Source: Candidatus Cloacimonadales bacterium (lineage in GTDB: Bacteria > Cloacimonadota > Cloacimonadia > Cloacimonadales > DAONDQ01). From it: a stretch of 64,000 nt of DNA. This document shows, one piece after another, positions 49,008 to 59,783 of this stretch (positions are counted from its first letter, which is position 1; every line of letters begins with the position of its first letter). The notes below the pieces were generated by a model, which was not told the DNA's origin, searched no databases, and saw only the letters and a program-made list of their open reading frames with translations. A program made the position numbers and the translations under genes. The stretch lies in assembly GCA_963662275.1 (NCBI GenBank), contig OY759316.1, forward strand, positions 2,240,001 through 2,304,000, read 5' to 3'.

Positions 49008-49731
49008 TCCTTTGCATTAATTCTTCAAATGGTACGTTAGGTATCAATACTCCGTGTTGGGCAATTGAGACATGCCCTGTTTCCTCTGAAACAACAATCG
49101 CAAAAGCATCTGAAATTTCCGAAATACCAACAGCAGCCATATGACGCATACCGTATCTTTTCAGATATTCTTCACGACTGGAAAGAGGAAGCACTGCTTT
49201 AGCTGCTAAAATTCGCTCACCCCTAATAATCACAGCTCCATCATGTAGAATTGAACCGGAAGTAAATATGGAAAGCAATAATCGAACCGAAATGGCTGCA
49301 TCAATGACTTCTGCCTTATCGATGAATCGATCCAGGGGATAGGATAATTCAATTACAATCAAAGCTCCCATCTTTCGAAAGGACATTGATGAAATTGCAT
49401 CCATTAAATGTCCGTAAAAGAAAGTCTCCTTTTTTTTAAAAATTGCTCCAAAATTCTTACTTAGGTGAATTTTGGATAACATACTTCGCAATTCCGGTTG
49501 AAATAGTATGATGATCGCAAGCACCCATACATTTTTTAAAGTACGTAAAACAGCGGACATCATCTCCAAGTGAAACAAGGCGGCTGTATAATATAACAAG
49601 AAGACAACGATCAATCCAAAAAGAATCTGGTAACCACCTGTCCGTTTGGTGATAACAAAAACTTCATACAAAATGATAGACACTAAGATAATGTCAATGA
49701 TATCATTCAGTTTTGGAATTAAAAAATCCAT
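48985..49731 (-). CDS. dacA: Diadenylate cyclase CdaA/DacA
   Basis: Three TM helices, FQPELR, LHDGA, GMRHMAA. Confidence 0.93.
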   Translation of the reverse strand: MDFLIPKLNDIIDIILVSIILYEVFVITKRTGGYQILFGLIVVFLLYYTAALFHLEMMSAVLRTLKNVWVLAIIILFQPELRSMLSKIHLSKNFGAIFKKKETFFYGHLMDAISSMSFRKMGALIVIELSYPLDRFIDKAEVIDAAISVRLLLSIFTSGSILHDGAVIIRGERILAAKAVLPLSSREEYLKRYGMRHMAAVGISEISDAFAIVVSEETGHVSIAQHGVLIPNVPFEELMQRIADATNK

Positions 49732-49739
49732 TAATCTTC

Positions 49740-50582
49740 CTAGCTTTTATTGATCGCGTTGAGAACTAACAAAAACTGTCTGTTGGGCTGGATGTCATGA
49801 ACCCGTATTATATCAACATGATGCTGATAAGAAAGGGCTGTTACAGCCAATGTACCACCCAAACGATCATGAACTTCACAAGGATCGATCATGTTGATGA
49901 AACCTTTCCTTGAAGCTCCAATCAATATTGGTAAATCAAAAATCCTGAACTTCGCAATATTGCGTAGAATTTGAAGATTATCCCCTAATCGCTTTCCAAA
50001 TCCAATTCCAGGATCAAGTATTATCCTACTTCTCTGAATTCCATTATCGATACAGAATTGAATCCTTTCAGTAAAAAAATCCAGTAATTCGCTTACTACA
50101 TTCTCATAGAAAGGATTCTCCTGCATACTTTGGGGTATCCCCTGCATATGCATCAGGATTATCGCAACATTCTTGTTTCCAGTAAGGACTTCAATCATCT
50201 TAGGATCAAATCGCAGAGCACTGATATCATTGATAATTCGAACACCTTCCCTGATACCGGCTTCAGCGACTTCAGCTTTTGTGGTATCAAGCGATATAGG
50301 AATTTGTGAATGTCTCCTGATACCAGAGATTATAGGAATTACTCTTTCCAGCTCCGTTTGCACAGGCAAGGGTATGGCACCTGGTCGCGATGATTCACCA
50401 CCTATATCGATAATATCAGCTCCCTCCCTGATAAGAGAGAATGCATGCTCAACTGCCGAATCCCTCTGGATAAACTTATTTCCATCAGAAAATGAATCCG
50501 GAGTAACATTCAGTATTCCCATAAGCAAGGGAATCTGGCTGGATGAAAAATCAGGGATCAATTCTTCTATCATATGTTTCAT
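49740..50582 (-). CDS. folP: Dihydropteroate synthase
   Basis: MGILNVTPDSFSDG, DIGGESSRPG, DPGIGFGK, SRK, RVHD. Start placed at ATG 50582. Confidence 0.96.
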   Translation of the reverse strand: MKHMIEELIPDFSSSQIPLLMGILNVTPDSFSDGNKFIQRDSAVEHAFSLIREGADIIDIGGESSRPGAIPLPVQTELERVIPIISGIRRHSQIPISLDTTKAEVAEAGIREGVRIINDISALRFDPKMIEVLTGNKNVAIILMHMQGIPQSMQENPFYENVVSELLDFFTERIQFCIDNGIQRSRIILDPGIGFGKRLGDNLQILRNIAKFRIFDLPILIGASRKGFINMIDPCEVHDRLGGTLAVTALSYQHHVDIIRVHDIQPNRQFLLVLNAINKS

Positions 50583-50583
50583 A

Positions 50584-51321
50584 TTATTTGATCTGGTATA
50601 TAAAAGTGATCCTTCCCTTTCGAATCTGCCTGCCAATATATTGAGTGAATCTCCATTGCTGAAGTGATTCTACACTCAAATCATCCATCCGAGGATCTGC
50701 TTTCTTTATTACAATTACTGAGTTTTGATCAACACTGCCATTAGGAAAGACAGAAAATTGAAGGACGACTTTTGCATTTTTTTCAATTCCTTTTGGATAT
50801 TCAGGTATTTTTTTATACACAACACTGCTTTCCTGAAGATCTCCTTCCAAATAAAATGGAGAGTTCCCTCGAACATTTCCCTGGTTCTGGTCCGAAGTTT
50901 TTATAAGTGATTTCGCGGTCATTTTGGGAACAGGTCCTTTATAATCAGTATCTGCTATGCCTCGCGGGTTTCCATCAATGACACGAGTCTGTGATCTCCC
51001 TAAATCCATAGGCGCATCAGTACGCATCACATTCATCTTCATCTGAACATTATTATTCATGATATCAGTCGGGGCAAATACATGCTGTTCTTCTTTATTG
51101 ATATCATCTCCGAATTTCGGTAATGCCAAAGGTACGTTTGTATCAGCACCAGTGGGATTGGATAGGATATCCGTTCCACTCATATCAACGGAAATCACTT
51201 CAATCTCACTACTGGCAGCTCCAGGCAAATAATTCATATGGAACAAAAAGAATAAAGAGAACAGAATGACATGAATAAGTATTGAAAACATCACTCCATT
51301 GCGAAAATAAGAATTATTCAT
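50584..51321 (-). CDS. tonB: Energy transducer TonB family protein
   Basis: N-terminal TM with SxxxH; C-terminal PEYP...V.LQF.V..NG.V...WRF. Confidence 0.85.
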   Translation of the reverse strand: MNNSYFRNGVMFSILIHVILFSLFFLFHMNYLPGAASSEIEVISVDMSGTDILSNPTGADTNVPLALPKFGDDINKEEQHVFAPTDIMNNNVQMKMNVMRTDAPMDLGRSQTRVIDGNPRGIADTDYKGPVPKMTAKSLIKTSDQNQGNVRGNSPFYLEGDLQESSVVYKKIPEYPKGIEKNAKVVLQFSVFPNGSVDQNSVIVIKKADPRMDDLSVESLQQWRFTQYIGRQIRKGRITFIYQIK

Positions 51322-51731
51322 TGTATGGAAGTCCTGACCTTTTGTGTAGCTATATATATGCGTTCGTAGCCACTTTGTTTAATAATATCCATGACTTTTA
51401 CAACATTCTTCAATTCCGTAACTTCATCTGCACGCAGATATACAACTTGCAAGTCATCAGCAGTTTTTACCTGGATTAAGGTACTTCCGAGTTGTTCCCA
51501 TGAGACAGGCTGATTATCAACAAATACTTGGTTGTCGGTGGTAAGCGTGACAGAAATCGTTTTCGGATTTTGTTGAGCTTGGTTTGTGGATGCCGGTAGT
51601 TTGATGGGAATACCGCTCTGTGTTACAAAACTTGAGGCTATCAGCACGAAGAGGAGGAGGAGAAAAACCACATCCGTCATGGAAATCAGTATGGAAGTGC
51701 TGATATGTTTTTTTGTGGTTTCAAACTTCAT
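51318..51731 (-). CDS. exbD: Biopolymer transport protein ExbD
   Basis: DVVFLLLLFVL TM segment and LRAD motif. Confidence 0.9.
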   Translation of the reverse strand: MKFETTKKHISTSILISMTDVVFLLLLFVLIASSFVTQSGIPIKLPASTNQAQQNPKTISVTLTTDNQVFVDNQPVSWEQLGSTLIQVKTADDLQVVYLRADEVTELKNVVKVMDIIKQSGYERIYIATQKVRTSIQ

Positions 51732-51732
51732 T

Positions 51733-52359
51733 TTATACTGTGCTCCTCTTCATTTCCCTTTTGGCTTTCTGTAGAAAATCGTTGCTTGTTTCTTCCATCT
51801 GCTTTGTCATTGTCTCAGTTTTTGTAACGAGTGAATTGTAGAACATCAAAGCGATAATTCCAACAATTAAACCGCCTACAGTTGTCAGCAAAGCTTCCCA
51901 AATACCACCTGCTAGTAAGCTGATATCAACTCCTGCAGTGTTGGTCTGAATTTTTTGAAACACTTTTACCATTCCCGTAACCGTGCCAAGAAAACCAACG
52001 AGCGGTGATACTGCTGATAAAGTTGATAACAACCCGAGATGTCTCTCCAGATTGTGAATTTCAAATGATGCAGAAGCTTCCATTCCTTCCTTAGATTCAT
52101 CGATTCCCATATCAAGAAGGTAAAATCCCTTACGGATAACACGTCCTAATGGACTTTTGATCGTATTCGTGGAAAAATATTCCTTCATCTCTGCCATATT
52201 TATCATGGCATTTAGTTCAGAACCAAAGTCTTTATCCAGCTTGCTTGCCTTGTTTAATTCCAACAGTTTCTCAATGATGATGGCAACTGTCATGATAGAA
52301 AACAAAACAAGAACATACATCAAGGGTCCGCCCTTGGTAAATAGATCGATTAAAGACAT
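51733..52359 (-). CDS. exbB: MotA/TolQ/ExbB proton channel protein
   Basis: PLVGFLGTVTGM and GGIWEALLTT..GL. Confidence 0.92.
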   Translation of the reverse strand: MSLIDLFTKGGPLMYVLVLFSIMTVAIIIEKLLELNKASKLDKDFGSELNAMINMAEMKEYFSTNTIKSPLGRVIRKGFYLLDMGIDESKEGMEASASFEIHNLERHLGLLSTLSAVSPLVGFLGTVTGMVKVFQKIQTNTAGVDISLLAGGIWEALLTTVGGLIVGIIALMFYNSLVTKTETMTKQMEETSNDFLQKAKREMKRSTV

Positions 52360-52785
52360 CTTATGCCCCTTTCAGTTTGATTTTTATAAATTGGAATTCA
52401 CATAAGTATGTTTTTTCTGTCAATGGTTTGTTTTGATTCTCCACGATAAGTTTTATTTTATGACTTCACTGCTCTCTGAAATGCAGGATTTGAAATCCTA
52501 TTAAACTCGTTCAATTATCAGTCTCAATCAATCATACTGCATAATTATCAAGTTACTGCTCCCGTAAAAATATCAATTTGAAATTCTGCAAAGTATTCTT
52601 ACATTGTTTTTTAAAACTTAAGTAATATTAAAAAGAATTAAGTTATTAAAAATTATTGATTATCTTTATGATATGAGTTTTACGAAAGCGGGTTTTCGCT
52701 CCATAGGATGAAAGCTGAATTCTCCGAGTAAATTGATTCATCTATTAATATCAAGGAGACGACATTACACAATTATGAAGGGGCA

Positions 52786-52856
52786 CATCGGTTCATTTCG
52801 ATACAATCTCTCGCATTTCGACTTCGCTCAATGACCGAGAAATCACTCAATGAACA
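52786..52856. repeat. Nested palindromic element (CATTTCGACTTCGCTCAATGAC type)
   Basis: GTTCATTTCGATACAAT...CACTCAATGAAC encloses CATTTCGACTTCGCTCAATGAC. Confidence 0.55.
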
Positions 52857-53004
52857 GTCTCGTTGGCTGCTCCGGTGAAAGGACAGGTAAACCATGCTGT
52901 CACGATTCCTGAAGTAATCAACACAACAAAAAAGCTTCATAATTGTATAGTTACTAACCAAACAACATAACTAACAAGTGTCTGGTCAGAATTGCTATTT
53001 GTAT

Positions 53005-54865
53005 GAGACTGTTCATGAAGTTATTCATAATATTCAATAAGTTAGAAAGTAGCAAGTTGAAAAAAGTGGTCGAAACGGTCATAATTTAACATACCTTCCA
53101 GAATTGACAGATAAGCTCTGCTAAGGACACCAAATCACAAGTTAAGCTTTTTGACTAAAATTGAAAAACACGCGATTATAAGTAATGTTTCGAAGCCGTT
53201 TCTGACTAAATGTGTAGTTAAAATCATATAAAATAGTTCTTTACAAGTTTTTTGCTATAGCTTCAATGGCATTTGTTACCTGGTAACAAAAGGGAGGATA
53301 TTATGACAAAAAAACACTCCAATTCAAGAAGCGGTAAGTGTTAGTCATGAAAGTAACCAATACCATGTAAGTATTAACGTACCATTTTCATTCACTTTGC
53401 CTGAGACAACATCAAACCACAAGTTCTTAATAGCGTTTCTACGCTTATTAGTAGGAATAGGCGGAGACAACCTCCTTACACTTCAGCAAATAGCTGATCT
53501 GTTTAACTACGCAGACCGCAGGAATGTACATAATTTCTGGCAAGAGTTTGAGCAGCATGGTCATGATATCCTGGCATATTTAAGCCGGAAAGTTGACCTG
53601 CTGGAGTGTATTCCTCAGATCGAGAATTTTGTTATCAATAACCTGCTTTTACCTTTAAATGTCATGTATCAGGAGTTCATCAGCCATCATGATTTTAAAA
53701 TGTCCTATACCACTTTCTGCAAATATGCTTCTCAGGTCAATTCTCTGTCTGTAGTTAAGCAAGCTCAGAAGCTTCTTCTGAAAAAGACAGTAGGCGGTGA
53801 TGCTGTACATCTGCTGAAACTGCTTGCCGGTCAGCAGAATACACCTGTTATCTGTGACAGACTCCTGGAACAAATGAAGACTGCTAAAGGCAATACATCC
53901 CATAGAACCGCCGATGCAAAGCCGTTCCATAGTCTGGAACGCAAGAACCTGTGTCTGCTGGTACATTACCTGGTTGGAAGCGGTATGAACTTCGAGACGA
54001 TAGCTTTGCTGCTCAACACCTGTAAAGCTACAGTCTCAAATCTCTGGCATGAAATCGCTGACCTGCAGAGCCTGATTCTGAACTCAATCGGTAAGTGGAG
54101 CGGAAAGATCAGCATTGATGAGAAATATGTGAAGATCAAAGGTATTCCGTACTATGTCATCAGTATTGTTGATTTTGTGACTCACATCCCTCTGTTTTGT
54201 GAGTTGTATCCTGACACAAAGAAAGAATCATTCGAAGCATGTTTCAGAACCTTCAGACAGCTCTACAGGAAAGATCCAACCCTGATTGTCAGTGATGGCA
54301 GTAAATCGTTAGCAGTTGCAAGAAAAACAGTGTTTCCAAAAGTCCATTACCAACTCTGTAAGTTCCATAAGATACGAAATCTCTTCAAAAGAATCAGTCA
54401 ATGTCATCTCCCTGAAGACAGGGACAAGTTCTTTAAGAAGAGGATTATGAAAGCTTTCCGAAGAGAAACGGCGGGCGGAAGGAAAAAGGGTATCGCAAGC
54501 CTGACAGCTATTACTCCCCCAACCGCCGCCGAATACATCAAAAGCAATATCATTAGTGATTGGAGACACCTCAGCAAAGGTTTGACTTCCAATGTCTCTG
54601 AACGCTGGAACCGCAAAATCAAGAAGGTGACATCCGGTAGATTTGGACTAAAATCTGAAGAAACCACCCGCAACCTTGTGTTTTCGCTTTGGTTCAAAGA
54701 ACTGGTCGATAAAGGTCAACCAATCATGCGTCAGGAATCACTTTTAGCAAGTTTAAATATCTCCCGCATATGTCAAGAAAATGTGGATTGGTCGCACTTA
54801 GACCACTTTTTCTCTGTCACTACCAATAAGGCTGCGTAAAATGGAGGTTAATTTTGAACAGTCTC
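53005..54865 (+). mobile_element. Insertion sequence, IS256/Mutator-like DDE superfamily, 1861 bp, 8-bp target duplication
   Basis: 11-bp perfect terminal IRs GAGACTGTTCA / TGAACAGTCTC; ATTTGTAT duplicated at 52997-53004 and 54866-54873. Confidence 0.92.
53303..54839 (+). CDS. DDE transposase with a frameshift in an A7 run after the start codon
   Basis: ISIDEKY, IVSDG, LCKFH (CxxH), TSNVSERWN. The RBS-linked ATG at 53303 is one base out of frame with the main ORF (53397-54839). Confidence 0.85.
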
Positions 54866-54982
54866 ATTTGTATTGCAAAAAAAAATCAATAACAATAGAT
54901 TGACTTATTTGAAGTAGTTATTAAAAATATCTTAATTGCATTAATTTTTAAAACTCCTAGTCGTATATTTTCTGGAGGATTA

Positions 54983-57442
54983 ATGAAAAACCAGCAAACA
55001 ATTACGAGATTTATTATAGTTTTGTTTATTCTTTTTTTGTCATTACCTGCTTGGGCAGCTTATCTGACAAATATGGCGGTAACTGTCAATCAACCTGATG
55101 GAACTGAATTGAAGTGCTTTGCATCAGGTGATGAGTATCACAATTGGCTGCATGATTCAAATAATTACACGATAATCCAGTCTCCGGTAACCGGTTATTA
55201 TATGTATGCTGTAAGAAAAGGAACTGCCATTGTCGCAGGAAATTTGATTGCAGGCAGAGTTAATCCAGCGCAAAGAGGTATGATTCCCAATATTAATATC
55301 ACCCAGGAAGAATACAAGATCAAGCGCAGCACAATGTTTCAAGAGCTTGAAATTATGGATGCTCCAACCAGCGGAACGATTAACGACATTGTGATCTTTA
55401 TTCGATTCAGTGGTGAGTCTGACTTTGGTCAAAGCATTTCCACCTATAATGGTTGGTTTAATACAAATACAAGTTCACAAAAGAATTACTTCCTGGAAGC
55501 TTCCTATAATCAGCTAACTGTGAATACAACATTTTATCCTACAGCAATAGGCGGTAATATCGTCTCATGGCAGGATTCTCATATTCGAGGTTATTATCAG
55601 CCATATAATGCAACGACTAATCCCACAGGATATTCGGGAGGTGATAGCGGTGCGGAGCGTACTGCACGTGAATTTACTCTTTTGGAAAATGCAACAAACG
55701 GAATTGCCTCAATAATTCCTGTTGATTTAGCGATAGATTCCGATGGAGACGGTAATGTTGATAATGTTGTTTACGTGATCAGCGGTACTTCCGATGGCTG
55801 GAATAATTTATTATGGCCTCATCAGTGGGCAATTTATGATAGGACTGTGATGATCAATGGAAAGAGGGTTTTCGAGTTTAATCTGCAATTACAGGCTTTT
55901 CTCACTTCTCAGAATGTAGGTGTTATTTGCCATGAGTTTTTCCATACTTTAGGATCGCCTGATTTGTATCACTATTCAGGAGATGGTCTTTCCCCCGTTG
56001 GCGGATGGGATTTGATGGATAATCACAGCAATCCTCCACAACATATGGGTGCCTATATGAAGTATAAGTACGGTCATTGGATATCCTCTATTCCAACAAA
56101 ATCTGCCATTCAATCTTATTCTCTTAATCCTATAACTTCAGCAAGCGGAAATGCCTATCGGATCAATTCACCAAATTCAACAACCGAATATTACATTGTC
56201 GAATATCGAAGAAAAACAGGAACATTTGAAAATTCAATCCATGGTTCAGGCTTATTAGTTTATAGAATCAATTCCGAAATGGGAGGCAATGCCTCCGGTC
56301 CACCGGATGAAGTCTATCTATACCGTCCTGGAGGTACAACAACTTCAAATGGGACAATTAGTTCAGCTTATTTTAGTTCCGGTTCCGGCAGAACAGCTTT
56401 GAATTCTACAACGAATCCCACACCCTTCCTAACTAATGGAAATCCAGGAGGTCTTGTATTATCAAACATTGGTACCGCTGGTTCAACGATTAGCTTTAGT
56501 ATTGGCAATCCAGTACCTGGAGCTCCTATGTGTGAGATAACAGCACCCATTTCCGGAACCATCTTTAATCAAGGAGATATCATCTCAATAGAAGTTAATG
56601 CCACAGATCCATCGAAAAGTGTCTTACAGGTAGATTTTTACTTAGATGGAGCATTAACACCTATTGCCTTCGATAGTACTTCACCATATATTTGGAATTG
56701 GAATACAGACGGTGTTGATGGCGGGTCACATACGATAAGAGCAACAGCAGTCGATAACCTTGGTAATTCGACCTCAAATGATGTTAATGTATTTCTTCTC
56801 GCCTCAGCACAAGAAGGATTCGAGACAGGTGATTTTACTGCTTATCCTTGGGTGCAAAGTGGTGATTTACCTTGGTCTGTTCAATCTTCTGACAAATATT
56901 CTGGAAGTTACGCAGCTAAAACCGGTGGAATCTCGGATAGTCAAACGAGTACTATGGCTGTTACATTGAATATCACAACTGCGGGGAATATTACTTTTGC
57001 CCAGAAAACATCATCAGAAGCAGGATGGGATTTATTACAATTTTATATCGACAATATTGTAACTGGTACTTGGTCAGGAATTACTGATTGGTCAATTAAA
57101 TCATATCCGGTTACTGTTGGATTGCATGAATTCAAATGGCGTTACTCCAAAGATACAAATACAGCCAGCGGAAGTGATTGCGGTTATATTGATCATATAG
57201 TATTTCCCCCGTTCATTGATACAAATCAGCCTGCAAATACATATTTAATACTCAATGGAAACAACCTTGAGCTGCATTGGGATGCTGTCTTGGGGGCTAC
57301 AAATTACAAAGTATATGAAGCAGATAATCCAATAAGAAGCTGGACATTGAAAACAACGGCACTTACAAATGAATATATCCAGGGAATATCAAGCTTGAAT
57401 TCACATAAATTCTATAAGATAATAACTGTTTATTTGCCCTGA
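54983..57442 (+). CDS. Secreted M6 family (immune inhibitor A-like) metalloprotease with Ig-like, beta-sandwich and FN3-like domains
   Basis: QPDG...GDE propeptide, HEFFHTLGSPDLY, WDLM, EYYIVEYR, GLLVYRI. Confidence 0.92.
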   Translation: MKNQQTITRFIIVLFILFLSLPAWAAYLTNMAVTVNQPDGTELKCFASGDEYHNWLHDSNNYTIIQSPVTGYYMYAVRKGTAIVAGNLIAGRVNPAQRGMIPNINITQEEYKIKRSTMFQELEIMDAPTSGTINDIVIFIRFSGESDFGQSISTYNGWFNTNTSSQKNYFLEASYNQLTVNTTFYPTAIGGNIVSWQDSHIRGYYQPYNATTNPTGYSGGDSGAERTAREFTLLENATNGIASIIPVDLAIDSDGDGNVDNVVYVISGTSDGWNNLLWPHQWAIYDRTVMINGKRVFEFNLQLQAFLTSQNVGVICHEFFHTLGSPDLYHYSGDGLSPVGGWDLMDNHSNPPQHMGAYMKYKYGHWISSIPTKSAIQSYSLNPITSASGNAYRINSPNSTTEYYIVEYRRKTGTFENSIHGSGLLVYRINSEMGGNASGPPDEVYLYRPGGTTTSNGTISSAYFSSGSGRTALNSTTNPTPFLTNGNPGGLVLSNIGTAGSTISFSIGNPVPGAPMCEITAPISGTIFNQGDIISIEVNATDPSKSVLQVDFYLDGALTPIAFDSTSPYIWNWNTDGVDGGSHTIRATAVDNLGNSTSNDVNVFLLASAQEGFETGDFTAYPWVQSGDLPWSVQSSDKYSGSYAAKTGGISDSQTSTMAVTLNITTAGNITFAQKTSSEAGWDLLQFYIDNIVTGTWSGITDWSIKSYPVTVGLHEFKWRYSKDTNTASGSDCGYIDHIVFPPFIDTNQPANTYLILNGNNLELHWDAVLGATNYKVYEADNPIRSWTLKTTALTNEYIQGISSLNSHKFYKIITVYLP

Positions 57443-57716
57443 TAGGGTAACTATCCTCCTGGCAAGAACAGACATATCCTAAATCGGTTTCTAATCGAGG
57501 ATGATATTCACTAGTAAAAAGTTGCTTCCCTTCCATTTTCATGTAGCCGTTGGTAATTTCCAATGCCAACAAGATAAGAAAGACGATGAAAATTGATAAT
57601 ATGATAATGAGGAAAATTCCACAACCAGATGGTTTTACATCTTGTTTTTCACAGGTAAGACATTCAGAGGTTTCTGAGAATACACCATGAACACATTCTT
57701 TACATTTCTTCATCAT
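57363..57716 (-). CDS. Hypothetical membrane protein with N-terminal CxxC...CxxC
   Basis: CKEC...CLTC followed by a TM helix. The 3' end overlaps the convergent protease gene by 80 nt, so it may be truncated. Confidence 0.45.
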   Translation of the reverse strand: MMKKCKECVHGVFSETSECLTCEKQDVKPSGCGIFLIIILSIFIVFLILLALEITNGYMKMEGKQLFTSEYHPRLETDLGYVCSCQEDSYPIRANKQLLSYRIYVNSSLIFPGYIHL

Positions 57717-57735
57717 CGCTGCTTCCCCTGAATGC

Positions 57736-59742
57736 TCAACTGACTGTCTCAATCGCCTTTGAGACGGTGTGTTCATTCAAAGTGAAGAATATGGTCGTTC
57801 CAATATTTTCTTCACTTTCAATCCATATCTTGCCTTTATGTCGTTGGATTATCTTCGCCACAGAAGCTAAGCCGATTCCAGAACCGGCGAATTCATTCAA
57901 TTGGTGTAAACGCTGGAATGATTTGAAAAGTTTATCAACATAGCGCATATCAAATCCCACGCCATTGTCCCTGATAAAATATACTGGATGATGATGATCC
58001 ATCAATGATCCAAATTCTATCTGACTAACTTCTTCCTGGGATGTGAATTTCCAGGCATTATCCATAAGGTTGGATAACACATTATGCAAAAGTGCGGGAT
58101 CACCTTCAACCTGGAGATCTTTCGCTATGGAATATTCTATTTTCCGTTCCGGTTCGTGGATGATCAGATTTCCCAGTATTGATTCTGCGATTTGACTCAG
58201 GCTTACGTGTTCATACTTCAGATGAACCCTGGCAACGCGAGAGATTTCCAGTAAAGCATCAATTAACTCAGCCATGCGGATTGATTCTGTACAAAGATGA
58301 TTTAAAATTCCTTTAGCAGTATGATTTAATGAGAGGGCATAATCCGAAATTAAGATATTACTCCAGCCATTGATGTTGCGAAGGGGAGTGCGCAGGTCAT
58401 GCGAGATTGTATAAGCAAAACTCTCTAATTCCTTATTTGATAATTCTAGTTCAGAGGTTCTTTCCAGTACCCGATTTTCCAGTTCGGTATTCAGGTTCGC
58501 TATTTTCTGAGCAGCTAGTTTAGCTTCTGTTATATCTTCCACCATAGTAAGAATATATTCCGGTTTGTTATCAATTCCTTTGACTGTCGATACTGTAAGC
58601 TTTCCCCAGGTGATGTAGCCATTTTTATGTATAAATCGTTTTTCGATTTGGTAGTTATCCAATTTTCCATTGCGAAGTTGCTCATTGAAGTTAAGATCCT
58701 GCTGAAGATCGTCAGGATGGGTAAAATCCCGGAAAGTCATAGCATTATATTCTTCTTCCGTAAAACCAAGATGGTGAATGATCATAGGGTTATTGGTTGT
58801 GAACTGGTTCTTCAAATCATCCAGGGCAATTCCAATCAAGGCATTATCAAATACAATTCTGAAGCGTTTTTCACTTTCCCGATACTCTTGTTCTAATTCC
58901 AGTCTTGTTTCTACAAATTTAGCGCATATATTGCCAATCAGGATACAACTGAGGAAAATCACGATATTTTCAAAACTTAACTGTGAAGTGAACATATTTC
59001 GAATGATGTGATCATAGATATTACGCACAAAAAGCAGATTCAAAAGCGTTAAAAACTGACAGATCAAAAATCCCATAATGATAGATATTAAGATGATCCG
59101 ACAATTATATACGCAAGATTTTTTAACAGGTATATTGAGGATTCTTTTCACGAATGGCAAGAGAAGAAGTGTATCACCAATATTTACATAGAAGAATTGC
59201 AAGAAAACGGATTTAAGCGCAATAGCATACACAGTATCACTAGCTATTGTGGTCAAAGCTCGCGGGAACCAAAACGGAGGATTGAAATGGAAAAATACAG
59301 GATAAAGATAAATCTGCGGAAGAATGTAGAGCAGAAGATAGAGAACTTGTATGGTAAAAACATTGGTCTTCCATGAGGCTTTAACTCGATTTTGGTCAGC
59401 AAAATATCCGTGCCAGATAATCCATCCACAGTACTGAACCATATTGTAAAGATTTGCCCATCCATCTCCAGGCAAACTGATGAAGGGAAAAAGCCATATT
59501 CCCCCAAGAACAATTGAAATGATAGCATATTGCCATCCATATACTAAAGCAATAACCAAGGGGAATATTAAACTCCACTGAAAAGTGATGCTAAATCCGT
59601 GAATCTTGAGAGTGTAAGGTAGTAAGATTCCAACTAAACCTGCAAAGCCAAACAGGATTGCGAGACGAACATTTTTTTGATTCAGATTGGAAAAGGCATT
59701 TCCCCTGTTCTGGGTTTTAAAAGTATTACGTCCATTATCCAA
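57736..59742 (-). CDS. Membrane PAS-domain sensor histidine kinase
   Basis: Multi-TM N-terminus, PAS (FTHPDD), SHDLRTPL, NAWKF, DNGVGF, GIGL. TTG start at 59742 with GGAGG. Confidence 0.93.
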   Translation of the reverse strand: MDNGRNTFKTQNRGNAFSNLNQKNVRLAILFGFAGLVGILLPYTLKIHGFSITFQWSLIFPLVIALVYGWQYAIISIVLGGIWLFPFISLPGDGWANLYNMVQYCGWIIWHGYFADQNRVKASWKTNVFTIQVLYLLLYILPQIYLYPVFFHFNPPFWFPRALTTIASDTVYAIALKSVFLQFFYVNIGDTLLLLPFVKRILNIPVKKSCVYNCRIILISIIMGFLICQFLTLLNLLFVRNIYDHIIRNMFTSQLSFENIVIFLSCILIGNICAKFVETRLELEQEYRESEKRFRIVFDNALIGIALDDLKNQFTTNNPMIIHHLGFTEEEYNAMTFRDFTHPDDLQQDLNFNEQLRNGKLDNYQIEKRFIHKNGYITWGKLTVSTVKGIDNKPEYILTMVEDITEAKLAAQKIANLNTELENRVLERTSELELSNKELESFAYTISHDLRTPLRNINGWSNILISDYALSLNHTAKGILNHLCTESIRMAELIDALLEISRVARVHLKYEHVSLSQIAESILGNLIIHEPERKIEYSIAKDLQVEGDPALLHNVLSNLMDNAWKFTSQEEVSQIEFGSLMDHHHPVYFIRDNGVGFDMRYVDKLFKSFQRLHQLNEFAGSGIGLASVAKIIQRHKGKIWIESEENIGTTIFFTLNEHTVSKAIETVS

Positions 59743-59783
59743 AGACTTACCTCCTTGAACAGTCGTGTCCCTCCAGCCTAATC

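Noticed and set aside
52851..52861. Extra TGAACAGTCTC matching the IS right end (also GAGACTGTTC at 46761)
   Set aside because: No matching target duplication or transposase remnant. The true ends are fixed by the ATTTGTAT duplication, so these are chance matches or unprovable scars.
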